64,000 nucleotides of DNA. Source: an uncultured delta proteobacterium. GTDB lineage: Bacteria > Desulfobacterota > Binatia > UBA9968. Shown piece by piece: positions 22,259 through 31,779 of this stretch; the stretch's first letter is position 1; every line of letters begins with the position of its first letter. The DNA is taken from contig CAWDHA010000009.1 in the NCBI GenBank assembly GCA_963801935.1, forward strand, positions 4,609 to 68,608, in the 5' to 3' direction. The translations under genes were made by a program, and so were the position numbers. The notes under the pieces were generated by a model, which was not told the origin of the DNA, made no database searches, and saw nothing but the letters and a program-made list of their open reading frames with translations.

Positions 22259-23416
22259 ATGGATGCGCCACGCAAACGGCCGGAGGATTTTCTCGAGCTG
22301 GTCGAACGCGCCAAGCGCGGCCGGCTCAAAGTTTACATCGGTTCTGCCGCCGGCGTCGGCAAGACCTACCAGATGCTCGAGGAGGCGCATGCCCTGAAAA
22401 AGCGCGCGGTCGATGTCGTATTGGCTTTCATCGAGCCGCACGACCGGCTCGAGACCGCGGCGTTGATCGAGGGGCTCGAGGTGATACCGCGCCAGCGCCT
22501 TGAGTACAGAGGCGTCATCGTGGAAGAGATGGACCTGGATGCCGTTCTCAAGAGACGGCCGCAGGTCGCGGTGGTCGATGAATTGGCGCATACCAACGCG
22601 CCGTTCTGCCGCAATAAAAAGCGTTATCAGGACGTGCTCGAACTGCTCGATGGCGGCATCAATGTGATCTGCGCTTTCAACGTGCAGCACCTCGAAAGCC
22701 TGAACGAGATGGTGAAACAGGCGACCGCAGTGATCGTCCGAGAAACCGTGCCTGACTCGATTCTCAAAAGAGCAGATCAGGTGGTCGATATCGATTTGGC
22801 CGTTGAGGATCTTATCGATCGGTTAAGGGCCGGGAAGATCTATGCGCCGGATAAAGTGCCTTGGGCGCTCGAGAATTTTTTTCAGCCGGAAAAGTTGGCG
22901 GTGCTGAGAGAAATCGCGCTTCGGGAAGTCGCCGAAAGCGTCGACCGCGCGGTCTCGGCCAATGGCGCCGCCAATGATGCCGCGCGCAGGGCGGCGGCGA
23001 GCGAACGGGTCATGGTGTGTCTGCCGACGCGCCAGCCGCCGCACGGCGCTATGCTGCTCCGACAGGGATCGCGTTTGGCCGGCAGGCTGAACACCGATTG
23101 GTTTGTCGTCCATATAGAAACCAAACAGGAAGCCAACCATCGCATCGACTCGACCTTGCAGCGCCATCTCTTGGAAGACGAACAACGGGCGCGCGATCTC
23201 GGCGCTGAAGTCGTGCGCCTGCGCTCGGAAAAGCCAGTGGAAGCGCTGCTGGATTTCGCTCGCGCCCACGGCGTTCGCCATATCGTCGTCGGGCGCTCGC
23301 ACAAACCCTGGTGGCGGCGCCTGTTGGGACAAACGCCCATATACAAGTTAGTGACGCAAGCTTCCGGTTTCGATCTTCACATCGTCTCCTTGGAAGATCG
23401 GGAGAACAAGGAATGA
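22259..23416 (+). CDS. kdpD: KdpD N-terminal sensor domain + USP domain protein (no kinase core)
   Basis: VYIGSAAGVGKTYQMLEEA...VVDELAHTN...INVICAFNVQHLESLN is the KdpD N-domain, followed by a universal-stress-protein-like domain. ATG 22259; the listed ORF starts further upstream at 21992. Confidence 0.85.
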   Translation: MDAPRKRPEDFLELVERAKRGRLKVYIGSAAGVGKTYQMLEEAHALKKRAVDVVLAFIEPHDRLETAALIEGLEVIPRQRLEYRGVIVEEMDLDAVLKRRPQVAVVDELAHTNAPFCRNKKRYQDVLELLDGGINVICAFNVQHLESLNEMVKQATAVIVRETVPDSILKRADQVVDIDLAVEDLIDRLRAGKIYAPDKVPWALENFFQPEKLAVLREIALREVAESVDRAVSANGAANDAARRAAASERVMVCLPTRQPPHGAMLLRQGSRLAGRLNTDWFVVHIETKQEANHRIDSTLQRHLLEDEQRARDLGAEVVRLRSEKPVEALLDFARAHGVRHIVVGRSHKPWWRRLLGQTPIYKLVTQASGFDLHIVSLEDRENKE

Positions 23417-25275
23417 ACCTTTATAAAAAAATCCTGCTTGCAGAGGCTCCTCTCGGGCTCGCCCTGGCCATTGTCTGTGTCGTTTCGGTCGCCGTAATTG
23501 CAAGGTTGGGGTCGCACTCACAGACAGTTTTAAAAGATAACTATCGGAGCGTTCTGGCCGCCCAGCGGATGAAGGAGGCCATCGAGCGCATGGACAGCGC
23601 TGCGCTGTTTATTGTCGCCGCTGAGCGGCAAAAGGGCATCGAGCAGGCTGAAAAGAATCGCACAATCTTCGAAGCGGAGTTAAAAGTCCAAGAAGGAAAT
23701 ATCACTGAGGCAGGCGAAAAGGAGTTCAGCGAAAAACTTCGCGCGGCGTGGATAAATTATCAAGCCAAGTTCGAGCGCTTGCAGAAAACCACCAGTGGCG
23801 AAGAAGCAAGACAGCTCTATTTCTCAGAGCTCGAGGCAGCGTTTCTCCAGGTAAAAACGGCAGCGGACGCGATCCTAGCCATCAATCAGGATGCCATGGT
23901 GCGCAAAAGCGATGAGGTGCGCCGGACGGCGGAGCGCATGAGAATAAGTACTATCGTTGTCGCGCTCGCCGCATTGGCGTTGGGGTTGTTTCTGTCGTCT
24001 CTGTTGACGCGGCGCATACTACAGCCCCTCGCGGCGCTCCGGCAGGCGACCCATAAACTCGGTGAGGGCAATTTCGATACGCGGGCGCACGTGCGCGGCA
24101 GCGATGAGGTCGCGCAGTTGGCCCATGACTTCAATGCCATGGCGGCGCGCCTGGGCGAATACCGCAAGAGCTCGCTTGGCGACTTGCTGCAGGCGCATCT
24201 CAGCATGCAAGCCGCCATCGATAGCTTGCCCGACCCGGTGGCTATCTTCAGCATCAGCGGCGCTCTACAGAATGTAAACCGCGCCGCCGAAACCCTCCTG
24301 GGGATCAGCGCGGAAACCGGCGTCAAAGAACCGATGCTGCGCGTGCAGGAATCGGTGCGCGTCGTTCTGGAGCGCGTGCGCAGCCATGTTCTGAGCGGCA
24401 AGGGCGCTTACGTGCCGCGAGGCTTTGAAGATGCGGTTGAGCTTCCTTCTTTAATGGGCGATCGCTATTTCCTGCCACGGGGCGCTCCGGTGTACGAAAC
24501 CGAGGGCGTGGTGATCGGCGCAACCGTGGTGCTTCAAGACGTTACGCGCTTGCGGCGCTTCGAGGAATTGAAGAACGACCTGGTGGCAACGGTGGCGCAC
24601 GAATTTCGCACGCCGCTCACCTCGCTGCGCATGGCGGTGCATCTATGCACCGAGCAGGTGGCCGGACCGCTGACCGACAAGCAAGCCGACCTACTCCATG
24701 CGGCGCGCGAGGATTGCGATCGGCTGCAGGCGATGGTCGACGACCTCTTGGATTTGTCGCGCATCGAGTCGGGTCGAGTCGAGTTATTCCCGTTACCCAC
24801 CGCAGCCAGTCACCTGGTCCAGAGCGCCATCGAAAAGCACACCGCCGAAGCCGCTGAAGCGGGATTAAATCTGATCGCGGAGACCGCTTTGCCGCAAGCC
24901 AGGGTATCGGCGGATCACGAGCGCATCGGCCAGGTATTTTCGAATTTGATCGTCAATGCGCTGCGCCATACGCCGCAGGGCGGCAACGTGATAGTCGGCG
25001 CCCAGTCTCTCAATGGCGCTGTGCGCTTTACCGTCGTAGACAACGGCGCCGGAATTCCACGGCAGTATCAGGAAAGAATTTTTGAAAAGTTCTTTCGCGT
25101 GCCCGACACCGAACCTAGAGGAACCGGATTGGGTTTATACATCGCCCGAGAAATCGTCCGCGGCCACGGCGGCGATATCGGGGTAGAGAGTGAACCGGGG
25201 AAAGGCAGCACTTTCTGGTTTACTTTGGCGACGGCTGGCAGCACGCCTTCAGGGCGCGAATCGGCATGGCGCTAA
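23413..25275 (+). CDS. Sensor histidine kinase (periplasmic helical sensor, HAMP, PAS-like, HisKA, HATPase_c)
   Basis: ATGA overlap with the kdpD-N stop. Two TM helices flank a helical sensor, followed by a HAMP region (ILQPLAALRQATHKLGEGNFD), the H-box VAHEFRTPLTSL, and N/G boxes (DNGAGIP, GTGLGLYIA). Confidence 0.9.
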   Translation: MNLYKKILLAEAPLGLALAIVCVVSVAVIARLGSHSQTVLKDNYRSVLAAQRMKEAIERMDSAALFIVAAERQKGIEQAEKNRTIFEAELKVQEGNITEAGEKEFSEKLRAAWINYQAKFERLQKTTSGEEARQLYFSELEAAFLQVKTAADAILAINQDAMVRKSDEVRRTAERMRISTIVVALAALALGLFLSSLLTRRILQPLAALRQATHKLGEGNFDTRAHVRGSDEVAQLAHDFNAMAARLGEYRKSSLGDLLQAHLSMQAAIDSLPDPVAIFSISGALQNVNRAAETLLGISAETGVKEPMLRVQESVRVVLERVRSHVLSGKGAYVPRGFEDAVELPSLMGDRYFLPRGAPVYETEGVVIGATVVLQDVTRLRRFEELKNDLVATVAHEFRTPLTSLRMAVHLCTEQVAGPLTDKQADLLHAAREDCDRLQAMVDDLLDLSRIESGRVELFPLPTAASHLVQSAIEKHTAEAAEAGLNLIAETALPQARVSADHERIGQVFSNLIVNALRHTPQGGNVIVGAQSLNGAVRFTVVDNGAGIPRQYQERIFEKFFRVPDTEPRGTGLGLYIAREIVRGHGGDIGVESEPGKGSTFWFTLATAGSTPSGRESAWR

Positions 25276-25392
25276 CGAGCCTCGTCCTATTGATTGGTTC
25301 GGCTGTAAGCCATACGGGCACAGTGGCACGATGCCGCTTGGAAAACCGCAATTGACTTTGGAGAATGCGCGATATACACGGACTACAGCGCC

Positions 25393-25815
25393 GTGAAGAG
25401 AATACGTTCAGATCTACGTTCGATTTGTTCATCGGGGATCGTTTCTCTTTTTGTTTTTTTTCTCGCCTCATCTGCGCCGCACCGGGTTCACCACATCTTT
25501 GAAGATCTGCCAGGAGCACAAGAAAATGTGCCTGGGCCGGACGGCGCCACCGAACCCGTTAGCTTCGCCGACGCGCATGTTGGAGCCGGCCATGCTGCCG
25601 CCGACCCGGCAAATCAAGAGAACCATCACAGCGAATCGGCAAAGCCCGATTGTATCGCCGCAAGTATCGCCCAGAACGCTCACCTCTCGCTAGTTGAAGT
25701 TTCAAACATCGCGTTGCCGGCGAGCGATCTGAAACGCCAGTCCAGTCATTCAATTCCATCGTTTGCCGGTTTTAACCCTGCTCCTTTTGCGCAAAGAGCG
25801 CCGCCACTGCTTTAA
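25393..25815 (+). CDS. Hypothetical His-rich small anchored protein (possible metal-related)
   Basis: GTG start and an N-terminal hydrophobic segment, then His-rich stretches (HRVHHIF, HVGAGH, NHHSE). It sits at the head of a TonB-receptor/CopCD cluster. The family call is tentative. Confidence 0.4.
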   Translation: MKRIRSDLRSICSSGIVSLFVFFLASSAPHRVHHIFEDLPGAQENVPGPDGATEPVSFADAHVGAGHAAADPANQENHHSESAKPDCIAASIAQNAHLSLVEVSNIALPASDLKRQSSHSIPSFAGFNPAPFAQRAPPLL

Positions 25816-26109
25816 GCCTTCTTTTTTCTGACAGAGTTCCGCCTTTTACAATAGCTCGACAAAACAGCATGGGCTCGAATCCGCTAACCGGATGCGCCGA
25901 GTTTTCGCCTTGCCGATAGTGGCCCGTGGTGAAAGCCTGGCGTCGCACCGAGACGGGTGAGACGCCTCGATAGCAAGGCGCGACGACCGAGACTATCGGG
26001 ATATTTGAGCGAGGAGCAACGCAGCCAGCGGGAATCGATCGCCCGTCGAATGCAGCCAAGACTTTCATCACGGGCTGCTAGCGGCCGTCAACGTGGTTGA
26101 GCGCTCTCT
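25816..26109 (+). promoter_or_regulatory. Candidate structured leader upstream of the receptor remnant
   Basis: About 290 nt with no convincing coding signal and nested helices: 25906-25913/25973-25980, 25939-25944/25961-25966 and 25981-25985/26044-26048. CCGAGAC is repeated at 25948 and 25987. Confidence 0.3.
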
Positions 26110-27598
26110 ATGAGAATCAATATGAGAAGGTGGTTTGTTACAAAGCTGTTCACTACGGTCGTGTGTTGTTTTTACTGGTTAGACGGCCGCACCGCGGCGG
26201 CCGCTGAAGGGGACAAACCGCTTGAGCTTCCCGGTGACATTTCGCCTCGATTTGAATTATGTTCATAACCAGCAGGCATTGCCCGGCTCGTTGACCCTTT
26301 CAGAGTTCAAGGATAAGCCGCGCCAGCGAAATCCCAGCGCCACTTTTGCCGGCGAGCGCCATGACTACGATTATGTCAGGAGCGCGTTCACCGTTCGCAC
26401 GCCGCTTACGGCCACGCAAGCTCTTGAGTGGGGCACGCAATACAACTACACCGATCTTGACCATCCTTTGGCCTTCGCCGTCATCGATAACGTCGACAAC
26501 AATTGGGGAACCGAAGTTCGTTACATCCTCACGGCGCAACTCTTCGAGTACGGTAATCGGTTTACTTTCGGCTTCCAATACGCCGGCACTCGGCAGACCG
26601 ATTTTAACTTTGCCAACGCCGGGGATGGCAAGCGTGGTCCTAAGAGCAAAAATCAAATCAACAAGGCTTACAATATCGGCGTGTATTTCGAAGACCAGTT
26701 CGATGTCACGCCCGCTCTTACCGTGGTCGGCGGCGGCCGCCTGCAGCACGCAGAGCGCTCCGTCGGCGATCGCTTTTTGGCCAACGGCGATGCTACCGAC
26801 TCGGTCAATTTGTTTGCGTTTCACGCCCAGAGCCGGACTCATCTGGAAAGTCACTCCGCAATCCAACTCTACGGCAACGCCAGCCGTTCTTATGAAGCGC
26901 CGCTCCTCCTGGAACTTGCCGCTCCAGGCCAGATCGGCGGAGATTTGAGCCAGTTGGACCTCAGAAAGCCTGGCAGTTTCGAACTCGGGACGCGCGGCGC
27001 CCTGGTTGAGCGACTGCTTTGGGATTTTTCAGTTTTCGATATCGAACTCAGGGACGAAATTCGAAACGTCAATGTCCGACCGTTTCCTGGAGCACCTTTT
27101 ACGATACCGCGCTTTCTAAACGTCAAGCGCTCGCGTCACTGGGGAGCGGAGCTGGGCTTTGATTTGCTAATGCTCAAGGATATCGCTCAACCGGACGATT
27201 CGATCCGGTTCATTACCGCTTATACTTTCTCGCGCTTTGTTTTTATCGATGACCCAATTCACGGTGACAACGATCTTCCAGGAGCACCGCGACATTACTT
27301 TAGATCGGAAGCTCGCTACCGCCATTCTTCAGGAGTGTGGCTCGCACCCGGCATTGAATCCGTTCCCAAGGGATACTTTGTCAATAGCGAAAACACCGTG
27401 AAGACAGCCGCGTATACTTTGTTCAACGTTCACGCTGGATACCCATACCAGCCGTGGAACTTGGAGCTCTTACTCGAAGCCAGAAATTTGGCCGATAAGA
27501 ACTATGTCTCGGCGGTGTCTGTCGATACTGCTGACAACCGGTTCTTTCAGCCAGGCGATGGCCGGAGCTTTTATGGAGCGGTGCGCTGGAAGTGGTGA
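26110..27598 (+). pseudogene. TonB-dependent receptor remnant (signal peptide plus C-terminal ~450 aa of barrel; plug and first strands missing)
   Basis: 26110/26122 encodes M(RIN)MRRWFVTKLFTTVVCCFYWLDGRTAAAAEGDKPLELP..., which runs into a stop at 26266-26268. The barrel ORF (26222-27598) is in the +1 frame and ends with the typical ...GRSFYGAVRWKW. No plug or TonB box is present. Confidence 0.6.
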
Positions 27599-27659
27599 GT
27601 CGGTCAAACCATTGTTGAAGGGCGTGTTTTGGCATGTGTGATCAAACCAGGAGGTTAAG

Positions 27660-28476
27660 ATGAAATCGCTATTAACGGCTCTCGTGATGTTTTGTTTGGT
27701 AATGATTGAAGCTCGTTGGAGCATGGCTCATGACGGTTGGGTCGAAGTCTCGAGTGTCGTCGAGAGCGGCCAGCCGGTTAACGATTTCACTTATGCTCGG
27801 CAACCATTCCAATGAACACAAGAGCTACCGGCTCGCCGGCAAATGGAATCCCAAATTCACCAAGCTGGTGGTGATCGAACCGTCGGGGAACTTAAACGAC
27901 CTCAGCAGCGCCCTTGTCGATCTTGGCGAGGATCCGGAGAAAACCGGGCCGAAAGGGCCCAAGGGCTTTCACATCGCGGCGTTTACGCCGAAAGAACAAG
28001 GCGTGCACATTGTAGTGGCGCGCCAGGAAGAAGTGGCGCAGCACGGCGACGGACCTAGATTCCGCGGCGTACGGAGCGCGCGCGCCGCTTTCACGGCCCT
28101 GGCTACGCCGACGGTCGCCGAGGCAAAGAAATCTTCCGGCTTCAGCCGCACCGTCGACATCGAAAACCTGATGGAGATTGTGCCGGTGAGTAATCCGCTC
28201 GGCGTGACGCAGAATGCTCGGGTGAGCTTCCAGGTCCGTTACAAGGGGAATGGTTTTCCCAGTCAGAACGTGACCCTGGTCAGGCGCCTTGCGGGTCCGG
28301 CTGGGGTACAGGAATTGACCACCGACGAAAAGGGGCAAGTGAGTTTTAGCGCGGGGCCGGCCGACACCTACTTGATACGGGTCAAATTCGAAGAACGTAA
28401 TGAACGAAGTGAAGGCCAATACGACTTGAGCGCTTATGAGGCAACCTATGTTTTCCAGGTCTTTAATGCGCTTTAG
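27660..28476 (+). CDS. DUF4198-like periplasmic metal-uptake-associated protein, frame broken (+1) near 27779
   Basis: ATG 27660 after AGGAGG gives MKSLLTALVMFCLVMIEARWSMAHDGWVEVSSVVESGQPV. The family pattern continues in the +1 frame as TISLMLGNHSNEH..., with a C-terminal transthyretin-like module (TTDEKGQVSFSAGPADTYLIRV). Confidence 0.65.
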
Positions 28477-28819
28477 CATCTATCTACTACTGAGCGCGCT
28501 GCTATCCCCCGGCAGCGTATCGGCGCACGCTTATCCGGATGTGGTTTCGCCTGCGGACGGCGCAACCATCGCGCAAACGCCGGGCGAAGTGCGCATCAAA
28601 TTCACCGAAGGAGTGGAGCTCGAATTCAGTCGTATCGATGTGAAAAACGCCACCGGACAAAAGGTCAGTAGAGGAAGCATCCGGCGCGCTGCCAGCGATA
28701 CTTTGATGATCGACTTGTTACCTCTGGAGCCGGGGAGCTACACGATTGAATGGCAGATCCTTTCTGTCGATACCCATATTACCCAGGGGCTGCTGCGTTT
28801 CACGCTCAAGCCAAAATGA
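28448..28819 (+). CDS. copC: Copper-binding periplasmic protein CopC
   Basis: Signal peptide ending SVSA, then a mature N-terminal His (HAYPDVVSPADGA...) and the CopC beta-sandwich pattern ...YTIEWQILSVDTHITQG. Start is ATG 28448 or 28466. Confidence 0.8.
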   Translation: MFSRSLMRFSIYLLLSALLSPGSVSAHAYPDVVSPADGATIAQTPGEVRIKFTEGVELEFSRIDVKNATGQKVSRGSIRRAASDTLMIDLLPLEPGSYTIEWQILSVDTHITQGLLRFTLKPK

Positions 28820-28826
28820 GGAGCCT

Positions 28827-30135
28827 TTGTTCACTGTAGCGGCCATCGTCGCCGCCATGAGCTATCTTGTCCTGGCGCTGCTAGTCGGAGCGTTGGTAAC
28901 GAGCGCTTTCCTCCTCGACGGCGATGAGCCTCAAGTCCTGCGCCGCAGGCTCGCCGGCATGGTGCTGGCGCTTGTGTGCGCTTTCCTGGCCGTCCATCTG
29001 ATCGCGCTGATCGTTCAGGGAGCGAAGCTGAGCGGCGGCCATTGGCCGGCGCCGAGTCTTTTAACGCGTTACGCCTGGCGCACACAAAGCGGCCAGATCT
29101 GGTTGCTGCGCGCGCTCTATGGCGTGATATTTTTGCTCTTAACGGTACGCTGGCTCCGGCGCGGCGCCGGCACTCTAGGCTTACTGCTTTTTTCGCTGCC
29201 GCTGGCGGCGAGTCGCAGTTTGAGCGGCCACGCGATTGCCGTTAGAGATAATACCTTCCTGGTAGTTGCGGCGGACTCTATTCATTTGATTGCGACCGCT
29301 TGCTGGGCTGGAGGGTTGCCGTTTCTAGTGTATTTGCTGATGGCGGATTTTGCCGCCGCGAAACCCTACCCAAAGATGGCTGCCCTAGCCGTCAAACGAT
29401 TCTCGCGCCTGGCTGGTCTGAGTGTAGCGATGCTTCTGGCCACGGGTGCCTACCAGACCTGGACGCACGTGGGTCGCTTGGACGCTCTCACTTCCACGAC
29501 CTATGGAAACATACTGATCCTGAAGCTTAGCCTGTTTGCTTGCATGTTGGTTTTCGGAGGGATCAATTTTTTATTTACCAGGGTTGCCTTGCTACGCCAC
29601 AGCGCAGCGAGCTTGCCGCAAAGCTTTCGCACAACTGCCGTGCGCCGCGTTGGGGCTGAAAGCCTCTTGGGAGTCGCGATCATCATCCTCACCGGTTTTC
29701 TTACGGGCTTAGCGCCGGCCGCGCACAGCGATCACGCCAAGGCGGTTGCAGCGAGTGGCGCATCCCAGGGGCCGAAGATCCATAAAGATAACCGCCATGG
29801 CGCGCGCGCCGCGCCGGCTGAATTCAAGCCGGCCGATGGCGCCAGGGTTAAAATTGTTTCGCCCAGACCGGGGGCAAACGTACAGGGAGGATCGGGTGCC
29901 GATCCAGTTCAACCTCACCCAGCAGAAAGGCAATCACTACCATGTGCACGCTTATGTCGATGACCAGCTGATCGGAATGTTCGAAAGCGAGACAGGAACC
30001 CTGACTGGTATTGCGCCGGGGAAGCACGTTTTAAGACTACGGATCGTCGAAGCCGATCACACCACCGAACTCGATGCCGCCGACGAGGTCGAGTTCACAG
30101 TGACAACGGCAATACCCGAAGAGAAAGGACCGTGA
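28827..30135 (+). CDS. copD: CopD-family membrane protein fused to a C-terminal His-rich beta-sandwich-like domain, frame broken (+1) near 29890
   Basis: TTG 28827 follows GAGGAG. Eight or so TM helices of CopD type. The tail ...PADGARVKIVSPRPGANVQG continues in the +1 frame as DRVPIQFNLTQQKGNHYHVHAYVDDQLIGMFESETGTLTGIAPGKHVLRLRIVEADH (DUF4399-like pattern). Confidence 0.7.
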
Positions 30136-30150
30136 CCGCCTCGCGTCTTT

Positions 30151-31524
30151 TCAATTTTCGTAGCGCTTGCGTTTGCGCCAGAGCGTCGAGGCATCGATGC
30201 CGAGAATCGCGGCGGCTTCGTCCAACGTTTCGCTTCGCGCCAGAACTCGGGCGATGTGCTCTCGTTCGACCGCTTCGAGCGAGAAGTTGCCGCCGATCGC
30301 CGGCGGCTCTGCCTTTGAGTGCGCGCCTATGTGCGTCGGCAGGGCTTCGGGCTCGATGATCTCTGCCGGGCACAAAATCACCGCTCGTTCGATCGTGTTG
30401 CGCAGCTCGCGAACGTTTCCCGGCCACGGATAAGCGAGCAGCGCGGCTTCGGCGGCCGGCGACAGTCGCGGCGCTTTGCGGCGCGCGGATTTGGCGAAAA
30501 ACGCCAGGAACTTTCGCGCCAACTGTAAAATATCTTCCGGCCGTTGCCGCAGCGGCGGGAGCTCCAGGTCAATCACGTTGAGACGATAGAATAAGTCTTC
30601 GCGGAACAGTCCCCTGCCGACATGCTCTTCAAGGTTGCGATTGGTGGCGGCGAGCACGCGAACATTGGCGCGGCGCGTGCGGTTCTCGCCGATGCGCTCG
30701 AATTCCTTTTGTTCGAGGAAGCGCAGCAGCTTCGCTTGCAGTGACGGCGAAAGCTCACCGATCTCATCGAGAAATAAGGTCCCTCCTTCTGCCGCCTCCA
30801 CCCGTCCGGCCTGGTCGCGCACGGCGCCTGTAAACGAGCCTTTGGCGTGGCCGAAAAGCTCGCTCGCCAACAGTTCCTCGGAAAGGGTCGGGCAATTGAC
30901 GACGATGAAGGGGCTATGCGCGCGCGGGCTCAACTCGTGGATCATGCGCGCCATAACAGTCTTGCCCGTGCCGCTCTCGCCGCGCAACAGAATCGCCGCA
31001 TCGGAGACCGCCGCCTTGGTGGCGGTCTCGATGACCGCGCGAACTCCCGGCGACGCGCTTTCGAAGTCGCTGTCCGGCGCCGCTTCGCGAAGGCGCTCTT
31101 CGAGATCACTGATCTGGCGCGTCAAATCTCTGCGCCTGAGACATTGATCGACGATGTGACGAATTTGCGCCGGCGTGAATGGCTTGGCGAGATAATCGGC
31201 GGCGCCGCTTTGGATCGCTCTGACGGCGCTGTCAACGGTTGCGTAGGCGGTCATGACCACCACCATCAGATCCGGCGCCTCAGCCAGCAGTCGGGGAATC
31301 AGACCGAGACCGCTCGATTCGCCCAGGCGGAGATCGAGGAATGCAAGCTCCTGGCGCTGGCGTGCCAGCGCTTCCAGCGCGCTTTGCGCGGCTGCCACGG
31401 CCGTGACTTCGCAGCCAATTTGCTCGAGGCAGAGAGCTAAGGTGGCACGGATATTCTTTTCGTCGTCGATCACGATGACCCGAAGCCCGCTGGCGGGCGT
31501 CGAGCTCGGCTGCGCTTTCACCAT
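30151..31524 (-). CDS. Sigma-54-dependent response regulator (NtrC/AtoC type)
   Basis: Receiver domain (VIVIDDE...FLDLRLG), AAA+ core with GESGTGKT and the sigma-54 contact loop GSFTGA, and a C-terminal Fis-type HTH. Confidence 0.92.
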   Translation of the reverse strand: MVKAQPSSTPASGLRVIVIDDEKNIRATLALCLEQIGCEVTAVAAAQSALEALARQRQELAFLDLRLGESSGLGLIPRLLAEAPDLMVVVMTAYATVDSAVRAIQSGAADYLAKPFTPAQIRHIVDQCLRRRDLTRQISDLEERLREAAPDSDFESASPGVRAVIETATKAAVSDAAILLRGESGTGKTVMARMIHELSPRAHSPFIVVNCPTLSEELLASELFGHAKGSFTGAVRDQAGRVEAAEGGTLFLDEIGELSPSLQAKLLRFLEQKEFERIGENRTRRANVRVLAATNRNLEEHVGRGLFREDLFYRLNVIDLELPPLRQRPEDILQLARKFLAFFAKSARRKAPRLSPAAEAALLAYPWPGNVRELRNTIERAVILCPAEIIEPEALPTHIGAHSKAEPPAIGGNFSLEAVEREHIARVLARSETLDEAAAILGIDASTLWRKRKRYEN

Positions 31525-31779
31525 GGCGCTACTTTAGAGCGGTCGGTTGCGACGCGCAAACCTTGATCCTGGGGTTAAGGCGACCCGCGAGTCAGTTCAC
31601 CCTGCTCTGTGCCACCGCTCTCCCATATGTCATTGTAAGCTCGCGACTATGTCGGACCAAGATAAGCCTCCGTATTTCAGGGTTTGTCTGCCAGGAAAAC
31701 ACGGTCAGCGGCCCCTTAACTTGACGCATTGCCGCGCCCTTTGTTAGCTTTACATAAAATCTTTTCGTCGAGGTGAATC

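Noticed and set aside
25816-26109. Assigning the receptor leader to a known riboswitch class (cobalamin, TPP, glycine, ZTP, guanidine-I)
   Set aside because: Only fragments resemble known cores (GGTGAAAGCC, CACCGAGACGGG, GGAGCAAC, CCAGCGGGAA). The diagnostic boxes are absent or out of order. It is kept only as an unclassified structured leader.
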